A DNA stretch of 46,635 nucleotides, taken from the IMG/VR virus record IMGVR_UViG_3300032321_000180, positions 1 to 46,635 of that record, one strand, 5' to 3'. The DNA comes from a virus (Duplodnaviria > Caudoviricetes). Of the stretch, positions 34,884 through 45,837 are shown in pieces (the first letter of the stretch is position 1; every line of letters begins with the position of its first letter). The notes below the pieces were generated by a model. The model was not told the DNA's origin, did not search any database, and was given only the letters and a program-made list of their open reading frames with translations. The position numbers and the translations under genes are program-made.

Positions 34884-37800
34884 CTAGCTTCGCTTGAGAA
34901 AATCAAGCGGGGATTTGATCTGCGGCGGCAAATCCTTGGGTTTAGCAGAACGGACATGGGCGCGAATGCCGTGCATCATGTCGTATAGTTTATCGCTTCC
35001 CGCCTTGGTTGAGCCATTTCCTACCGCTGCAACAACATCGGCGGGGAAAACAAACTCCCCGTCAGCCAGCATGGCGGGAATATCGTCCGACTGGCCGTCT
35101 CCAGCCCCCGTTACGGCGTCCCCGTGGCGGAAGTCCACCCGCATCTTGCCTCCAGAGGCCATCAAAGGGGTGCTTAGACCGCCTTGGGCGTACTTCCCGT
35201 GGCGAGTACCAGCCCTGCCGCCTTTGGCGTAGGTGCCTGTTTTGAGGTTCTCCGATGCCGATGGGTAGGCGGTGGAGGCGTCCGTAGCTTGGCCCGCCTG
35301 CCCGGCTTGGCCCGCGCCCATATTGAGGATGTCCTCAATGGATCGCTGAGTTCCATACGAGTATGAGGGGTCGTTCATTGCGTTTCCTTGTGCTGGTAAT
35401 CCAGTGCTTGCTGAGGTTGGCTGAATTCCATATTCATTTTCAAATCCAAACGATTGCTCCTGAAGACTCAAAAACTTTGCCAACGGGCTTTCAAACTGGT
35501 TGGGGTTTTGCTTTGCTCCAAGGTAAACAGAAGAAAGCGGCGATTTTTTCTTAGCCTCATCCGTTGTAGGTATAAGCTGCTGGTCTTGGGCGACTGGACG
35601 CAACAAAGACAAAGCACCCTGTGCCGCGCCTTTTTGCAGCGCAGCATTTGAAGCCTTTGCGGCAGCAGTGTTCTTGGCAATAGTTTCAAGCTCTTTTTGA
35701 AGCACTGATTGCTGGTCATATCCGGCTGTATTTGCTGCTACTGATGGATTTATTTCCTGCGTTGCAATCCTAATAGCATCAGCCGGGTCTGCGCCCAAAC
35801 TAACCAACTCATCAACACGAGAATTTAACGCTGCGTTCGGATTTACGTTAACGTTTGGATTTGCATTAGTGTTTGCATTAGGGTTTGCATTGGGATTAGC
35901 GTTCGGATTAGCGTTAGGGTTTGCATTGGGATTTGCATTTACATCCGGGTTTACATTTGGATTTACATTAGGGTTGATGTTTAAGCTAACGCTTGGATTG
36001 ACGTTAGGGTTTACATTTGGATTGATGTTTGCATTTGCGTTTGGATTAACGTTTGGATTTGCATTAGGGTTTGAATTTGGGTTTACATTTGGGTTGGCAT
36101 TAGGGTTTGCGTTAGGATTTGCATTGACATTAGGATTGGCGTTCGGATTTGGATTTGCATTTGGATTTGCATTTGTGTCAACATTTCCATTTGTTTGCTG
36201 TGCAGCAGTAACCCTCGCTTGTGCCGCTTGCAAAGCATCATTTGAAGCCTTGATGTCGGCTTCCGCTTTTACCCTTGCCACCTCTTTTTGTTGCGCGGCT
36301 TCTTTTAGCGCAGCTAATTGACTTGCGGCTTCTCTTGCCTTTGATTCATTCGCGGTCTTTGCCGCCAAATCTTGTTCCGATTTAAGCTGAAGGCCAGCAA
36401 AACTTTGTGCGGCTTTTTCAGCCTCAGCTTTGGTGTCTTGCGCTGCTTTTACTTTTGCTGCGGCCTCTTCCTTTGCTTTCCTCTCGGCTTCCAAAACAGA
36501 AAATATCTCAAGCTGCGAGTTTATTTTTTCAACCCTAGTTTCCGCGCTGAAGTATTTTGAGTACGTCTCTTTTTTTGTTTCCTCTATTTCAGTTAAATGC
36601 TGTTGAGCGGCTGCGGCCTCTTGTGCCGCTTTGTCAGAAATTTCCTTGTTTGATTGGTAAAGTTGTTTCGCCTCTGGCAACGCTTGTTGGTTGGCTTCAA
36701 CGCTCTGGCTTATTTCTTTAAACTGGTTTACAGCCTCTTGAGCGCTTTGATATGCTTTGTAAGAGTTGTCGTAATCGGAAATAACTTTTTGCGCTGAAGA
36801 CAGTACGGTTTTATTGCTTTCGCTTGCTTTGGTAAACGCAACAGGCGCTGCAACAGTTTCAATAATTTGTTGCTCAACCTTTGAAGAGGTCTGTTGTGAA
36901 ACCTGACCAGAATGCACCGCTCCAGTAATTGTTCCGCTTGCAATAATTGCTTGTACAGCAGCAGATCCTATGTCTTTATCCCAAGCCTGACCGTTCACCA
37001 TGTTGGTCGCAATTTTCCCGGATACTTCTTCAGCAACCTCGGCACTAAGCTCACCCTTCAATGCGGATTTAAGGCTTTCCTTAACAATGGTTTGCTGTGC
37101 AATTTTTTGTTCGTTAGAAAGCGCTCCGGGTATAAACTTGTTGGCGATTGCAGATGTAGCTGTTGCAATTGAACCAGCAATACGGCCACGCCTTAACGCC
37201 TCTTCTGGAGTCTCGCCAAGAGCGATGGCTTGGTCATAAGCATTTTGAGCTATGTCGGCACCTTGAGTTACCGCATTGGCGGTAATGGCGGCAACCTCGG
37301 CCACTTTCATTCCAGCACCAAGGGCACGAGCAGCAACCATTGCGCCGCTTCCAGTAAGCAGTGTGACCCCGTTTTCAGCAATGAACGCTGCGGTTTGAAC
37401 TGGATTGACGCCAAACTGCTTAAAGGTCTCCACCACTTGAGAGAAGGTGCCCTCATCCCCAGCTTTGGAGATGGCTTGATTCATCAACGCCTGATCAGAC
37501 TTAAAGCTGGTTGACCGTAAATTGTCAATGCTTGCTTGTATTTCTTTGGATGTTTTAAGAAACGCATTGTCTGGGCCAGCCAATCCCGTCATCAGTCCAA
37601 TCGAGCCAACTTGTCCAAGCAAGTTTGCGCCGCCTGCTGGGATGCCTACTCCAATGTCAATTGAAGTCTGAACAGCCCTTCCAATGGCGTCATTAAACTT
37701 TTGAAAACTGGCTGGCATTGTTCCATCTGAAGTTCCACCAACAGGCAAACCTGTGAGCGGGTCATACACAACATCCTCATTGGCAGAAGTTGTTCCAGTT

Positions 37801-39788
37801 GTTTTTGCTGGCGTTTGACTTGCTGGAGTTTGAGTGACTACCGCCTTAAATGCGGCATCATCCGCTGCACTAAATCCATCCATTGCGCCACGGCCAGAGC
37901 CTGCGGCATCAGAAGCCGCAATTTTGTTCATCCGTATTTCATCTGACTTGGCCGCAAGAGCAGGGTCTTCAACACGAGTGTTGGTGCTAAAGCTGTTCCC
38001 ATTCCAAGTAAAAGTCTTTCCAGCGCCATAGCCAGCACGAGCCGCTGCGTAAGCCTCGTCAAAGGTCTTGGCGGTGTTAATGGCCGTCTCAACTACTTGA
38101 TTGCGCTCACCGGCAGTCATTGGATTGGAGACGGTGAATACAGCCTCACCCGGCTTTACTTGCGGTATCTCTTTCTGATTTGCAATGCTAACCTTTTCGC
38201 CTTCGCTTATGTTAGAGCCTTCTGCTTTTGCAGCATCAATTTGAGCTTGAGTTAGGGCTGTAGAGGTGTCTTGCGTTGTTGCGGCAGGCGTTGTTTCTTG
38301 AGTCGTTACAACTGGCGTAGCGGTAGAAGACGGCAAAACAACTGAAGTTGCGTCTTGATTTGCCGCAGAAGGAGTAACAACCGGCGTAATATCTATAGCA
38401 GGAGTTGTTGGGGCGGGGGTAGATACAACATCTACGCTGGCCGCAGGGTGATCAACCTTGTACTGCTCTTCAATAGCCTTTACATAATCAGGCGTGTCTG
38501 ATTTAATAATCTTTGATAACTCTTCAGGCGATGCATCTTTTCCGTACAATTCTTTGTATTTGTCATTTGCTGCTTGAAAGTTTTGCAGCTTATTCGCAAT
38601 CAACTCAGTGTTCGCGGCCTCAACTTCATTGAAGCTCTTAACCGCCTCATCAAACGATGGCTGAACATCATCTTTAAGTTGGGCGGTCAAAGTCGCGTAA
38701 TCAGATTGAGCGGCTTTGAAATTTTCATTCAAGCTGTCTATCTGCGGCTTTGCTGTTGCATAGCTATTGTTGAAAGAATCAATTGCAGTGTTAGCCGCCG
38801 CAGCGTCTTTGTTGATTGTTAAAACAAGAGAGGATTTTGTTACTTCTCCTCCGGTTTTGGGGTCAACGTAATAAGTAACAGTGCTATATCCGCCACCTCT
38901 TCCTGTGTTCTTAACACGTTTTGTTTTTTTGGTGTATACATATGTAAAGTTATCGTATTTGTATTTGTCTTTGTTGTACTTGTCAATTGCAGCTTGAGCG
39001 GCATCCTGCTCATCTTGCAATGGATCAATAAGGTCGTTGTAATCTTCAGCAATTGTTTGCTGCTTTGTTATGCTTGAGTTGATGCTGTCTTGCAAAGAAG
39101 TAATTTTTGACGCAGCATTTTTTAAAGCAGTTCCAGCGTCAGAAATTGTTTCTTTGATGCTTGGCCCAGCAACTTGAAGGAATGAGTCTATCAATGAGCT
39201 TTGCAACGCCTTACTTGGATCGTTTCCAAGCAAAGATGCGGCAATAACACTTTTTGTGGCACGAGCAAAAGCCGCCCCAGATTCGGAAGACGACAGACTG
39301 TCAAATCCGGGTATGCCTCCGGTAAATTTATCTACCGCCAAATTGACGCTACTGCTCAATCCGGCAGTCAACCCGCCTTTAAGCATCGCATCAATAGGAT
39401 TTTTTCCTTGAAGCAGCGCTGAAGTTCCGCTAGAAATTGCTCCAGATGTCGCCGTTGCAATCACTTGCGACATTGCGTTTGCTGTGGTTTGACTTACCCC
39501 GCTTGAGATTAAATTTGTAGCTACGCTTTTTGAAACTGTTTGGGAAATATTCTGTCCGATAGTGCCACCAACATACGAAGTGACCCCACCCAATATTGCG
39601 TTTTTAAGAATGTCCTCTGGCTTATCACCCTTCAATGCGGAAAAAGTAGCGCCAATGGTTGCTGCGCCAATTGCCGTTGCAGCCGTAGCGCTTACGGCAG
39701 TAACACCAACAAACGAAGCAATAGCAGTACCAATTTCTGCGGCAAAAAGGTAAGTAGCCGCCGCTGGAGTAATAATGAAAAATGCCAT
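34884..39788 (-). CDS. Large ejection/internal virion protein (1634 aa) with NANP/NVNP repeat tract and C-terminal Ax[19 protein letters not shown] domain
   Basis: Hydrophobic N-terminus, coiled coils, repeat tract, conserved C-terminal domain. Confidence 0.7.
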   Translation of the reverse strand: MAFFIITPAAATYLFAAEIGTAIASFVGVTAVSATAATAIGAATIGATFSALKGDKPEDILKNAILGGVTSYVGGTIGQNISQTVSKSVATNLISSGVSQTTANAMSQVIATATSGAISSGTSALLQGKNPIDAMLKGGLTAGLSSSVNLAVDKFTGGIPGFDSLSSSESGAAFARATKSVIAASLLGNDPSKALQSSLIDSFLQVAGPSIKETISDAGTALKNAASKITSLQDSINSSITKQQTIAEDYNDLIDPLQDEQDAAQAAIDKYNKDKYKYDNFTYVYTKKTKRVKNTGRGGGYSTVTYYVDPKTGGEVTKSSLVLTINKDAAAANTAIDSFNNSYATAKPQIDSLNENFKAAQSDYATLTAQLKDDVQPSFDEAVKSFNEVEAANTELIANKLQNFQAANDKYKELYGKDASPEELSKIIKSDTPDYVKAIEEQYKVDHPAASVDVVSTPAPTTPAIDITPVVTPSAANQDATSVVLPSSTATPVVTTQETTPAATTQDTSTALTQAQIDAAKAEGSNISEGEKVSIANQKEIPQVKPGEAVFTVSNPMTAGERNQVVETAINTAKTFDEAYAAARAGYGAGKTFTWNGNSFSTNTRVEDPALAAKSDEIRMNKIAASDAAGSGRGAMDGFSAADDAAFKAVVTQTPASQTPAKTTGTTSANEDVVYDPLTGLPVGGTSDGTMPASFQKFNDAIGRAVQTSIDIGVGIPAGGANLLGQVGSIGLMTGLAGPDNAFLKTSKEIQASIDNLRSTSFKSDQALMNQAISKAGDEGTFSQVVETFKQFGVNPVQTAAFIAENGVTLLTGSGAMVAARALGAGMKVAEVAAITANAVTQGADIAQNAYDQAIALGETPEEALRRGRIAGSIATATSAIANKFIPGALSNEQKIAQQTIVKESLKSALKGELSAEVAEEVSGKIATNMVNGQAWDKDIGSAAVQAIIASGTITGAVHSGQVSQQTSSKVEQQIIETVAAPVAFTKASESNKTVLSSAQKVISDYDNSYKAYQSAQEAVNQFKEISQSVEANQQALPEAKQLYQSNKEISDKAAQEAAAAQQHLTEIEETKKETYSKYFSAETRVEKINSQLEIFSVLEAERKAKEEAAAKVKAAQDTKAEAEKAAQSFAGLQLKSEQDLAAKTANESKAREAASQLAALKEAAQQKEVARVKAEADIKASNDALQAAQARVTAAQQTNGNVDTNANPNANPNPNANPNVNANPNANPNANPNVNPNSNPNANPNVNPNANANINPNVNPNVNPSVSLNINPNVNPNVNPDVNANPNANPNANPNANPNANPNANTNANPNVNVNPNAALNSRVDELVSLGADPADAIRIATQEINPSVAANTAGYDQQSVLQKELETIAKNTAAAKASNAALQKGAAQGALSLLRPVAQDQQLIPTTDEAKKKSPLSSVYLGAKQNPNQFESPLAKFLSLQEQSFGFENEYGIQPTSASTGLPAQGNAMNDPSYSYGTQRSIEDILNMGAGQAGQAGQATDASTAYPSASENLKTGTYAKGGRAGTRHGKYAQGGLSTPLMASGGKMRVDFRHGDAVTGAGDGQSDDIPAMLADGEFVFPADVVAAVGNGSTKAGSDKLYDMMHGIRAHVRSAKPKDLPPQIKSPLDFLKRS
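35835..36175 (-). repeat. (N-[A/V/I/S/P])n tract, mostly NANP/NVNP units, ~110 aa
   Basis: Seen in the translation; synonymous codons vary between units. Confidence 0.9.
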
Positions 39789-39789
39789 G

Positions 39790-40350
39790 TTATTTCATCT
39801 CCAATGGCTTATTGGTTGAGTCAATCAGACCAACCTCTTCATATGTTTTGGCGGTGTGAAAATCAGTGATGTCGTCTAAGTTCTCTTCTCCTACTTGCTT
39901 GGTCATTAGTACGTTAAGCCACACACAGTCTTCCAGCACATAGCCAACGCGCTTGACATTTGGCTCTGATACATAAACGCATGGGGCTTCAACAACCCTG
40001 CGCCCATTCTCAGAGACAACAGCCAGCTTGCCTTTAAGCAATACGTTGATTACGGGGTGTTTATGGATCCTGCCAACAACAATCGCACCTTTGGCTAGAG
40101 TCATTTCTCGGCCATACATGGCACATCCAAACTCATCGTGCAATTGCGTGAAGTGATGCTTGTAGCTGTACTCAGCAGGAGTCAGGTTACCTGCATCAAA
40201 AGCCTTGATGTACTCGCTTTGAAACTCATTGATCTTCTCACGCGCTTGTACTTTTAAAGGGTGATTTTTGTGGAGCAGCGAAGCATCTGGAGCGGACGCC
40301 TCCAAGTCTTCAAATTGGGCAAGGTCTAGATCATGAAGGTCGAGCAGCAT
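39790..40350 (-). CDS. Cupin-fold protein
   Basis: HHF...Y.REM...KG..VVG.IHK.....LLKG...V......AP...VS....KR.....ED..W. Confidence 0.65.
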   Translation of the reverse strand: MLLDLHDLDLAQFEDLEASAPDASLLHKNHPLKVQAREKINEFQSEYIKAFDAGNLTPAEYSYKHHFTQLHDEFGCAMYGREMTLAKGAIVVGRIHKHPVINVLLKGKLAVVSENGRRVVEAPCVYVSEPNVKRVGYVLEDCVWLNVLMTKQVGEENLDDITDFHTAKTYEEVGLIDSTNKPLEMK

Positions 40351-40351
40351 T

Positions 40352-40789
40352 TCATACCTCTATGAAAAAAGAGATGTACGGTTTGCCATCCGGGCCTTTA
40401 ATTTTTTCTTCTTTGAACTTGTACTCACGGAGAATTTTTTCAAACACTTGTTTTTTGTTTAGCGGCATATAGGTGTACAACACCTTTACTTCCGCATTTT
40501 TCAAAATTGCTATCAGAGGGTCTAGCTGCTTATCTAGCTCCTTGAGCTTGGCGCTTTCAGACAATCCTTTTCCAATCATGGCGTGCATCTCAACCATGTG
40601 TGGGCCTGATACGGTGATCAAGAACACAATCTTGCCGAGGTGGATGAGCTTGCAACCCGGCTCTTGAACCTTTTGGCCCATGTAATTAACCATTGCAGCA
40701 GCTTTTTTCCCGCTGTGGGTCTGTTCCATGAAGTGGTCATACATGATCTGCACGACTTCATTTGGTTTTTCGGCTGTAGATGCGGTCAT
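40352..40789 (-). CDS. Hypothetical protein, possibly GNAT-like (P22 gp14 position)
   Basis: Synteny after the nozzle; weak GNAT-like pattern (EMHAM, F.EE). Confidence 0.5.
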   Translation of the reverse strand: MTASTAEKPNEVVQIMYDHFMEQTHSGKKAAAMVNYMGQKVQEPGCKLIHLGKIVFLITVSGPHMVEMHAMIGKGLSESAKLKELDKQLDPLIAILKNAEVKVLYTYMPLNKKQVFEKILREYKFKEEKIKGPDGKPYISFFIEV

Positions 40790-41044
40790 TTAATTAACTC
40801 TTGGGTTAACGGCAGCGACCAATGCTTCTGCCCAGTCATGCCAGTCATTGTACTGATCGGTTCGCGGAATAGCCTCGTTTGTAAAAACGTCAATGGCAGA
40901 CAATCCATTGCCCCAATTCTTCCAGTCGGTAAGTTGAGTAGGTATCTCAAGGTTCTGCGCCGCATAAAGCTCACACATGAGCGATGCCCACGAGTCAAAC
41001 GTGTGGTATCGGGGATCATAGATCTGTGCAGGATTAAGGGCCAT
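40790..41044 (-). CDS. Small tail-associated protein
   Basis: 84 aa, Trp-rich (W..W, W.DWA), after the nozzle gene. Confidence 0.6.
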   Translation of the reverse strand: MALNPAQIYDPRYHTFDSWASLMCELYAAQNLEIPTQLTDWKNWGNGLSAIDVFTNEAIPRTDQYNDWHDWAEALVAAVNPRVN

Positions 41045-43247
41045 ATGGCCTCACATCACCGATGTCGGCAGTCAATAAGGCTTTGCCTAACTGGTAGTTT
41101 CCACCGGCAACGTCAGAGGTAAACCGCAGCCGCATCTCCCTGCGTTGCTCACGCATATCAATCTTGCCAGTATTTTGGCCAAAAACAAACGGGTCGGACA
41201 CCTTATCTGGGCCTTGTGCAAAGGCTGGGCCAAGCACCGTCAGGGACATATCACCAGACTGGATGAAGTCAGGCTCCACGCGCTCCAAACGGATCCATCG
41301 GTTATCACCAACAGGGGCAGGCTGTGAAGGCCCACCAGACACCCAGCCTAGATCATTGGTCTCAAAGTAGCTGGTGATTGCGCGGACGTTCTGGCCTACT
41401 ATCTGGTCTGTGCCAATCTCATGCTGGTACACATTGATCAAATTGGCCGCAATGGAGAACGTGAGCGCAACTGTTCCTGTGCCCGTTGATGCGGCGGACA
41501 TCTCAATTGCTTGGGCGTAAATAGCACTCACAGCCACGGCAAATCCAGCCCCAGTTCCGCCAAGGTTTGTGTTGGATGCGCTCAATGAGTTGCCAACTTC
41601 ATACCCAACGCCACGAGAGGTTATGGTGACAGTGGTCACAACGCCTCCAGCAACGCCTATGGTGGCCTTTGCATTGGCTCCAGAGCCTCCAGTAAGGGGT
41701 ACGTTAGTGTACGAGCCGTTAACGTAGCCAGAGCCGCCCGTAATCGCTCCAAGCGTCTTGATGTTGCTGGAGGTGATAGCCATCACCGTTGTGCCGGTCG
41801 GAATGTTGGAGCCAGAGATTACCTGCCGCAAAGCCACTTGCGTGTTGTAGGTGTCGCTGTACAGGAAAACGCTCCCGCTAACTTCATTGAAGTTGTCGGT
41901 GAAAACTGTCGTTGCCGTGGTCGTGTGCCAATCAGCGGCCACAGGGTAGGCAAACACTTGGGAAAAGTATCCAGCAGAACGCTGCGATCCAGCGGCTAGG
42001 CCAGCGTCATACCAAGTATTCTCACGCACGTTGTAAATGATGGCATCGTTGCACTCAGTGGAGTCTCCACGGGGATAAAACCACCAGATTTCTCCAAACC
42101 TCGGAACCTTTGTTGCCCAAACTTTTTGACGTTGCTCGTAGTTTAAATTGTCAAAGAAGTAGTTCTGGTTCATCGTGTTGGGGATTTCCTTGACCACACC
42201 GTTGTACATCAGGAATCTGTCAACCCCACACCAATAATAAATGCCGTCATACTCAATTGCAGACTGGCTCGATAAGATTGAAGATTGGCTGGTAATGATG
42301 TCGTAACGCCAGTATTGGGCAGGAGTTCCCGTCCCTCCGATGTAGGACACACGGATCAGGCTGTCAAGGCTCCAGAACAGGCCAGAAGGCGCGTTTGAGC
42401 CGCCCCTAACTGGTAGCCCTTGAACAACCTTTCCAGAGGCCACATTGGTGGCATTAGCGTCAGCAGATACCCAGTCGTTGGTATTGCCAGCAGCGCAGTT
42501 TTGAATCAGGCCGTTGTTGCCGTACACAAACAAGTAGGGATGCAATGACACAACCCCGCCAGATACTGAGATGTTGTTGTCAAAAGTCAGAGTAACAGAG
42601 CCGCTTGCGGTGGCATTGTTAGAAATCTTGACGGTCGTAGTGACTACTGAAACCACCGTTGTATTGGCAGGTATGCCGGTTCCAGTTATGGTCTGTCCAG
42701 CGCCAATAAGCGGATTGGTCGCGGCAAGGGTGATTGTGTTTGAGAAAACCGTAGTCGTACCAGTGTCGGTAAAGACTCCAATTCGGCTCATACTCAAGGA
42801 AGTAATTCCGCCAATCAAAACAGGGGTGTTTGTTTCGTTGTTGATGGATGCAAGGTTCTGGCCGGGGTGCGCAATTAGAGCTTGAACGCCGCTTCCAGAG
42901 ACATCATAAAAACCATCAAACTGCCACAAGTTCAAATTTGAAGCCGTAAAGTTGGTTAGGGAAAAATCTCCAACGCCAGCGCCGACGCCATTGTTGTCAA
43001 TTGTCAAAACTTGCAGGCCATTGTTGTAGCCACTGAAAATAGACGTAAATGCGTTCTGTGGATTTAGCCATATGCCGCGAGATGGGCCAGTAAGCTGATC
43101 AGAAATTACTCTGTACCCGCCAATCTTGCGAGGACGACTACGCTGAAACCTTACCCACAAACCATCGGTATAAAAGTTCATGTCAAAGACAGTTCCATCC
43201 CTCTGGATGCCCGCCTTTGTGTCGAGGGTAAAGACTTTTGCGCCCAT
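41034..43247 (-). CDS. Tail nozzle / head-stabilisation protein (P22 gp10-like) with inserted beta domains
   Basis: GIQRDGT..D...Y.DG.WVRF...PRKIGG; YYW.G.DRF..Y.G.V; F.EIWWFYP.....EC...IIYN..E..WY; R.EPDF.Q.G. Confidence 0.75.
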   Translation of the reverse strand: MGAKVFTLDTKAGIQRDGTVFDMNFYTDGLWVRFQRSRPRKIGGYRVISDQLTGPSRGIWLNPQNAFTSIFSGYNNGLQVLTIDNNGVGAGVGDFSLTNFTASNLNLWQFDGFYDVSGSGVQALIAHPGQNLASINNETNTPVLIGGITSLSMSRIGVFTDTGTTTVFSNTITLAATNPLIGAGQTITGTGIPANTTVVSVVTTTVKISNNATASGSVTLTFDNNISVSGGVVSLHPYLFVYGNNGLIQNCAAGNTNDWVSADANATNVASGKVVQGLPVRGGSNAPSGLFWSLDSLIRVSYIGGTGTPAQYWRYDIITSQSSILSSQSAIEYDGIYYWCGVDRFLMYNGVVKEIPNTMNQNYFFDNLNYEQRQKVWATKVPRFGEIWWFYPRGDSTECNDAIIYNVRENTWYDAGLAAGSQRSAGYFSQVFAYPVAADWHTTTATTVFTDNFNEVSGSVFLYSDTYNTQVALRQVISGSNIPTGTTVMAITSSNIKTLGAITGGSGYVNGSYTNVPLTGGSGANAKATIGVAGGVVTTVTITSRGVGYEVGNSLSASNTNLGGTGAGFAVAVSAIYAQAIEMSAASTGTGTVALTFSIAANLINVYQHEIGTDQIVGQNVRAITSYFETNDLGWVSGGPSQPAPVGDNRWIRLERVEPDFIQSGDMSLTVLGPAFAQGPDKVSDPFVFGQNTGKIDMREQRREMRLRFTSDVAGGNYQLGKALLTADIGDVRPYGP

Positions 43248-44743
43248 TAAAACGCGCCCCCTTGAACTCCGCCAGTAAAGTTTCCAGTGCCCGGAATATT
43301 AAGTCCAGTAGCCGTCAATCCAAACTTTTTAACGCCTAGAACAGTAATGCCAAACTCACCAGATCCGGGACGGTACACACCCGTAGAGGTCTCCGAGGCA
43401 AAGTTGAGCGAAGGAGCGCCAGCCGTTCCGTCAACTAAAGATATGTTTACCGCACCAGCAGCAATCGTTGAGGCGTTGAGCAGGTTAACTGAATCACACA
43501 GCAAAATAACCTGCTGCCCAGCAGGCACAGTGGCCGTAGCGCCGCCAGAGCTTGTTGTGAAAGTGATCTGGTAGGCGGATGCCCCGCCATTGGTCTGGTT
43601 GGTGATGTAGTACACCTGAATCGTCTGTGGAAGCACCACGGTGACGTTTCCAGTCAATGTGCCCGTGTATTTTTGGATGGTGTTTGCGGCCTCAGAAGCT
43701 GTCAGGGTATAGGTACCAGTCGTAACAGCTTTGGTCAACTGGGTAAAGTTGAACTGAGTGCTACGGCCCAAACCCACCGTAAAGAACGCAGAGCCAGAGC
43801 AGCAAATTACGCAAGAATCGGCAGGAGACAAAGCAATCGTAGATGCGCCATTGATCTGGATGCCAGCATCAGGAGCAATCGTCAAGGTGCCAGTGCCGCC
43901 ATTGCGGATCATCATGTACCAGTCATTTCCCAGCGTGATGGCCGAGGTCAGAGTCAATGTGCCAGAACCGCCAGTCCAAACATAAGTGGACGCTCGGTCT
44001 GAGCTAATTGCCGTGTAACCAGACGAGAAGGTGTTGACTACATTGGACGAGTTAAGAGTGCTTGAAATTGCTTTTACGCCAAATCCAGCAAGGGTTGCAG
44101 CGTCTACGTTAGAAGTGCCAACGCCAAATGAGATCAATCCCCATGTGCCCGCCGTGGTGGCGTTGGAGGTCAGGTAGATGTACTTTGCTTCGCCTGCGGC
44201 AATTGTGACGATGGGAGAGCCAGCGTAATCCCTGACGGTGAACGAGTAGGAGCCAACATTGCGAAACAACGCATCAATGCCAACAGACGCCTGATTTGCA
44301 GGCGGCATATCCAAAGTGAACGAGTCCAATGTAAACGTCAGCCCAGTGGTCGTGCCAACAGTAGTTGCGACCGCAGCGCCGCCCAAGGTGGCCGACAGCG
44401 TGAAGGTCGTCGTGCCGTTAGTGGCAATGATGAAGTAAGTGTTGCCAGTGGTGATGCCGCCTGAAGTGCCCGTGGAAATTCCAGTTACAACGACGGCTTG
44501 ACCAACAAACAGGCTTGGGGTTGTCGTGCAAGCGCATTGACCGTTGGTTCCTATAACGCTTACGCTTACTAACGCAAGGCCGCTAGACAGGGACGATACG
44601 TCCATTACTCTAGCTGCCGCATTGTCTGTAACGCTGCCGTTAATCGGCCATGTCAATACCGAGTCTGCGGAAAGAACAATGCTCCGATATGAAACATCGG
44701 TAGGCTGGATAACTTGGCCTGTGAACGGACTTGTAAAGCTCAT
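43247..44743 (-). CDS. Tail fibre/spike-associated structural protein
   Basis: Thr/Gly/Ser-rich; TGTLTGNVTV..P, DGTAGAPSLNF....TG.YR motifs typical of fibres. Confidence 0.7.
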   Translation of the reverse strand: MSFTSPFTGQVIQPTDVSYRSIVLSADSVLTWPINGSVTDNAAARVMDVSSLSSGLALVSVSVIGTNGQCACTTTPSLFVGQAVVVTGISTGTSGGITTGNTYFIIATNGTTTFTLSATLGGAAVATTVGTTTGLTFTLDSFTLDMPPANQASVGIDALFRNVGSYSFTVRDYAGSPIVTIAAGEAKYIYLTSNATTAGTWGLISFGVGTSNVDAATLAGFGVKAISSTLNSSNVVNTFSSGYTAISSDRASTYVWTGGSGTLTLTSAITLGNDWYMMIRNGGTGTLTIAPDAGIQINGASTIALSPADSCVICCSGSAFFTVGLGRSTQFNFTQLTKAVTTGTYTLTASEAANTIQKYTGTLTGNVTVVLPQTIQVYYITNQTNGGASAYQITFTTSSGGATATVPAGQQVILLCDSVNLLNASTIAAGAVNISLVDGTAGAPSLNFASETSTGVYRPGSGEFGITVLGVKKFGLTATGLNIPGTGNFTGGVQGGAF

Positions 44744-45378
44744 TATGAATCCCTCGCAATCGCCTGCCTATCAGCCAAGCGGTTTACATTTTCGTTTTGC
44801 AACAAAGAAATGATCTTGTCGTACTGGCCCTGCCACATCGGAATGCGCTCGTCATTCTTCAGGAAAGGCATTGCCTGCAACAAAGATCCGTACAGCAACG
44901 CTTGAGGCGCGTACTGGGTGAACCAATTAGATTGGTTGGAAGAGTCAAGGGGCTGGTTGCGCTCATAGTACAAGACCTCATAACTGTATGCCGCCGCAGG
45001 AGTAGGGGCTACCAGCCAATGCTCGTAGTCGTAGTCGCAGAAGTACAGTGGAACGTCCGTTGAACTGGCGTTGGGCCAATATGAGCGAAGGTACTCGTAG
45101 GTTCGAAGGAGGATGGGCTGGCGCTTACCAGCCACCGTCACGTTCATGGACACAGTCTTGCGCCAACGAGCGGGCTTGGCAATCGTGGTCTCACTTAGAA
45201 CCATCGTGCTTTGAACCACTACCAAGTTGCCGAGGAACTTGATCTCGGAGGCAATGATCTGCTCCGCCAGCATGATGAACTGAGGGATTTTTGCAATAGT
45301 GGCGGCGTCCGTCCGCTCCAAGTAGGACTGAACGTCTTCTACAAGGGAGTCATACGTCATTACCGAAGCGGTCGTCAT
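44743..45378 (-). CDS. Head-tail adaptor protein
   Basis: TY.SL...V..YL.R.D....IP.FI.LAE; PTP..AY; NW....AP..LLYGSL..A.PFLKNDER...W...Y. Confidence 0.78.
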   Translation of the reverse strand: MTTASVMTYDSLVEDVQSYLERTDAATIAKIPQFIMLAEQIIASEIKFLGNLVVVQSTMVLSETTIAKPARWRKTVSMNVTVAGKRQPILLRTYEYLRSYWPNASSTDVPLYFCDYDYEHWLVAPTPAAAYSYEVLYYERNQPLDSSNQSNWFTQYAPQALLYGSLLQAMPFLKNDERIPMWQGQYDKIISLLQNENVNRLADRQAIARDS

Positions 45379-45402
45379 ACATTCCTCTCAAATCAGTCCT
45401 CG

Positions 45403-45837
45403 TTACCCTTGATTGTAAGGGCGAGTACCTTGTTTGTCGATAATCAGAACCTGACCGCGAGGCTTGCCTTTGGGGTCGTTGGGAACCGAAATATGCGTCC
45501 ATCGGTCAAACTCGCGGATTAGCTGGTCAAAGGGCAGCTTTGCGGCCATCACCGCCTTGACTACAGCGTCGGGGGCCATGCCGGGTACACGAATGTCAGC
45601 AGCACAACCGACCCGATGCTGAGAAGTGTCTTTACTGCCCACTGCATCATTTACTTGTTTGCTCCGAAATGCGCTGTTGACCATGATCGGTACGCCTCCC
45701 AGAACGCCTTTAACTTGTTCCAAAAGGCTTGCAATGCGGATAAGATTTGCTGTTTCAGCAAGGTTAGGTTCATTCTTAAACTCCCGGTGATCGGTGTTAG
45801 TTAGCTCTTCCAAGGTAAAGTTCTTGGTCAAGTTCAT
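45403..45837 (-). CDS. Endolysin, peptidase M15A family
   Basis: L..NFTL.E; NS.FRS..VN.AVG....SQH..G.AAD; DQLI.E...W.HIS. Confidence 0.88.
   Translation of the reverse strand: MNLTKNFTLEELTNTDHREFKNEPNLAETANLIRIASLLEQVKGVLGGVPIMVNSAFRSKQVNDAVGSKDTSQHRVGCAADIRVPGMAPDAVVKAVMAAKLPFDQLIREFDRWTHISVPNDPKGKPRGQVLIIDKQGTRPYNQG

Noticed and set aside
35835-36175. Repeat tract as a CRISPR array or VNTR
   Set aside because: No constant repeat with unique spacers; it is an in-frame coding repeat with synonymous variation, and there are no cas genes.
35869-36321. Hydrophobic FALG-repeat plus-strand ORF
   Set aside because: Antisense reading of the NANP repeat.
34884-39788. Siphovirus tape measure protein
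   Set aside because: No tail tube, terminator or chaperone genes; adaptor-nozzle-ejection synteny indicates a short-tailed virion.
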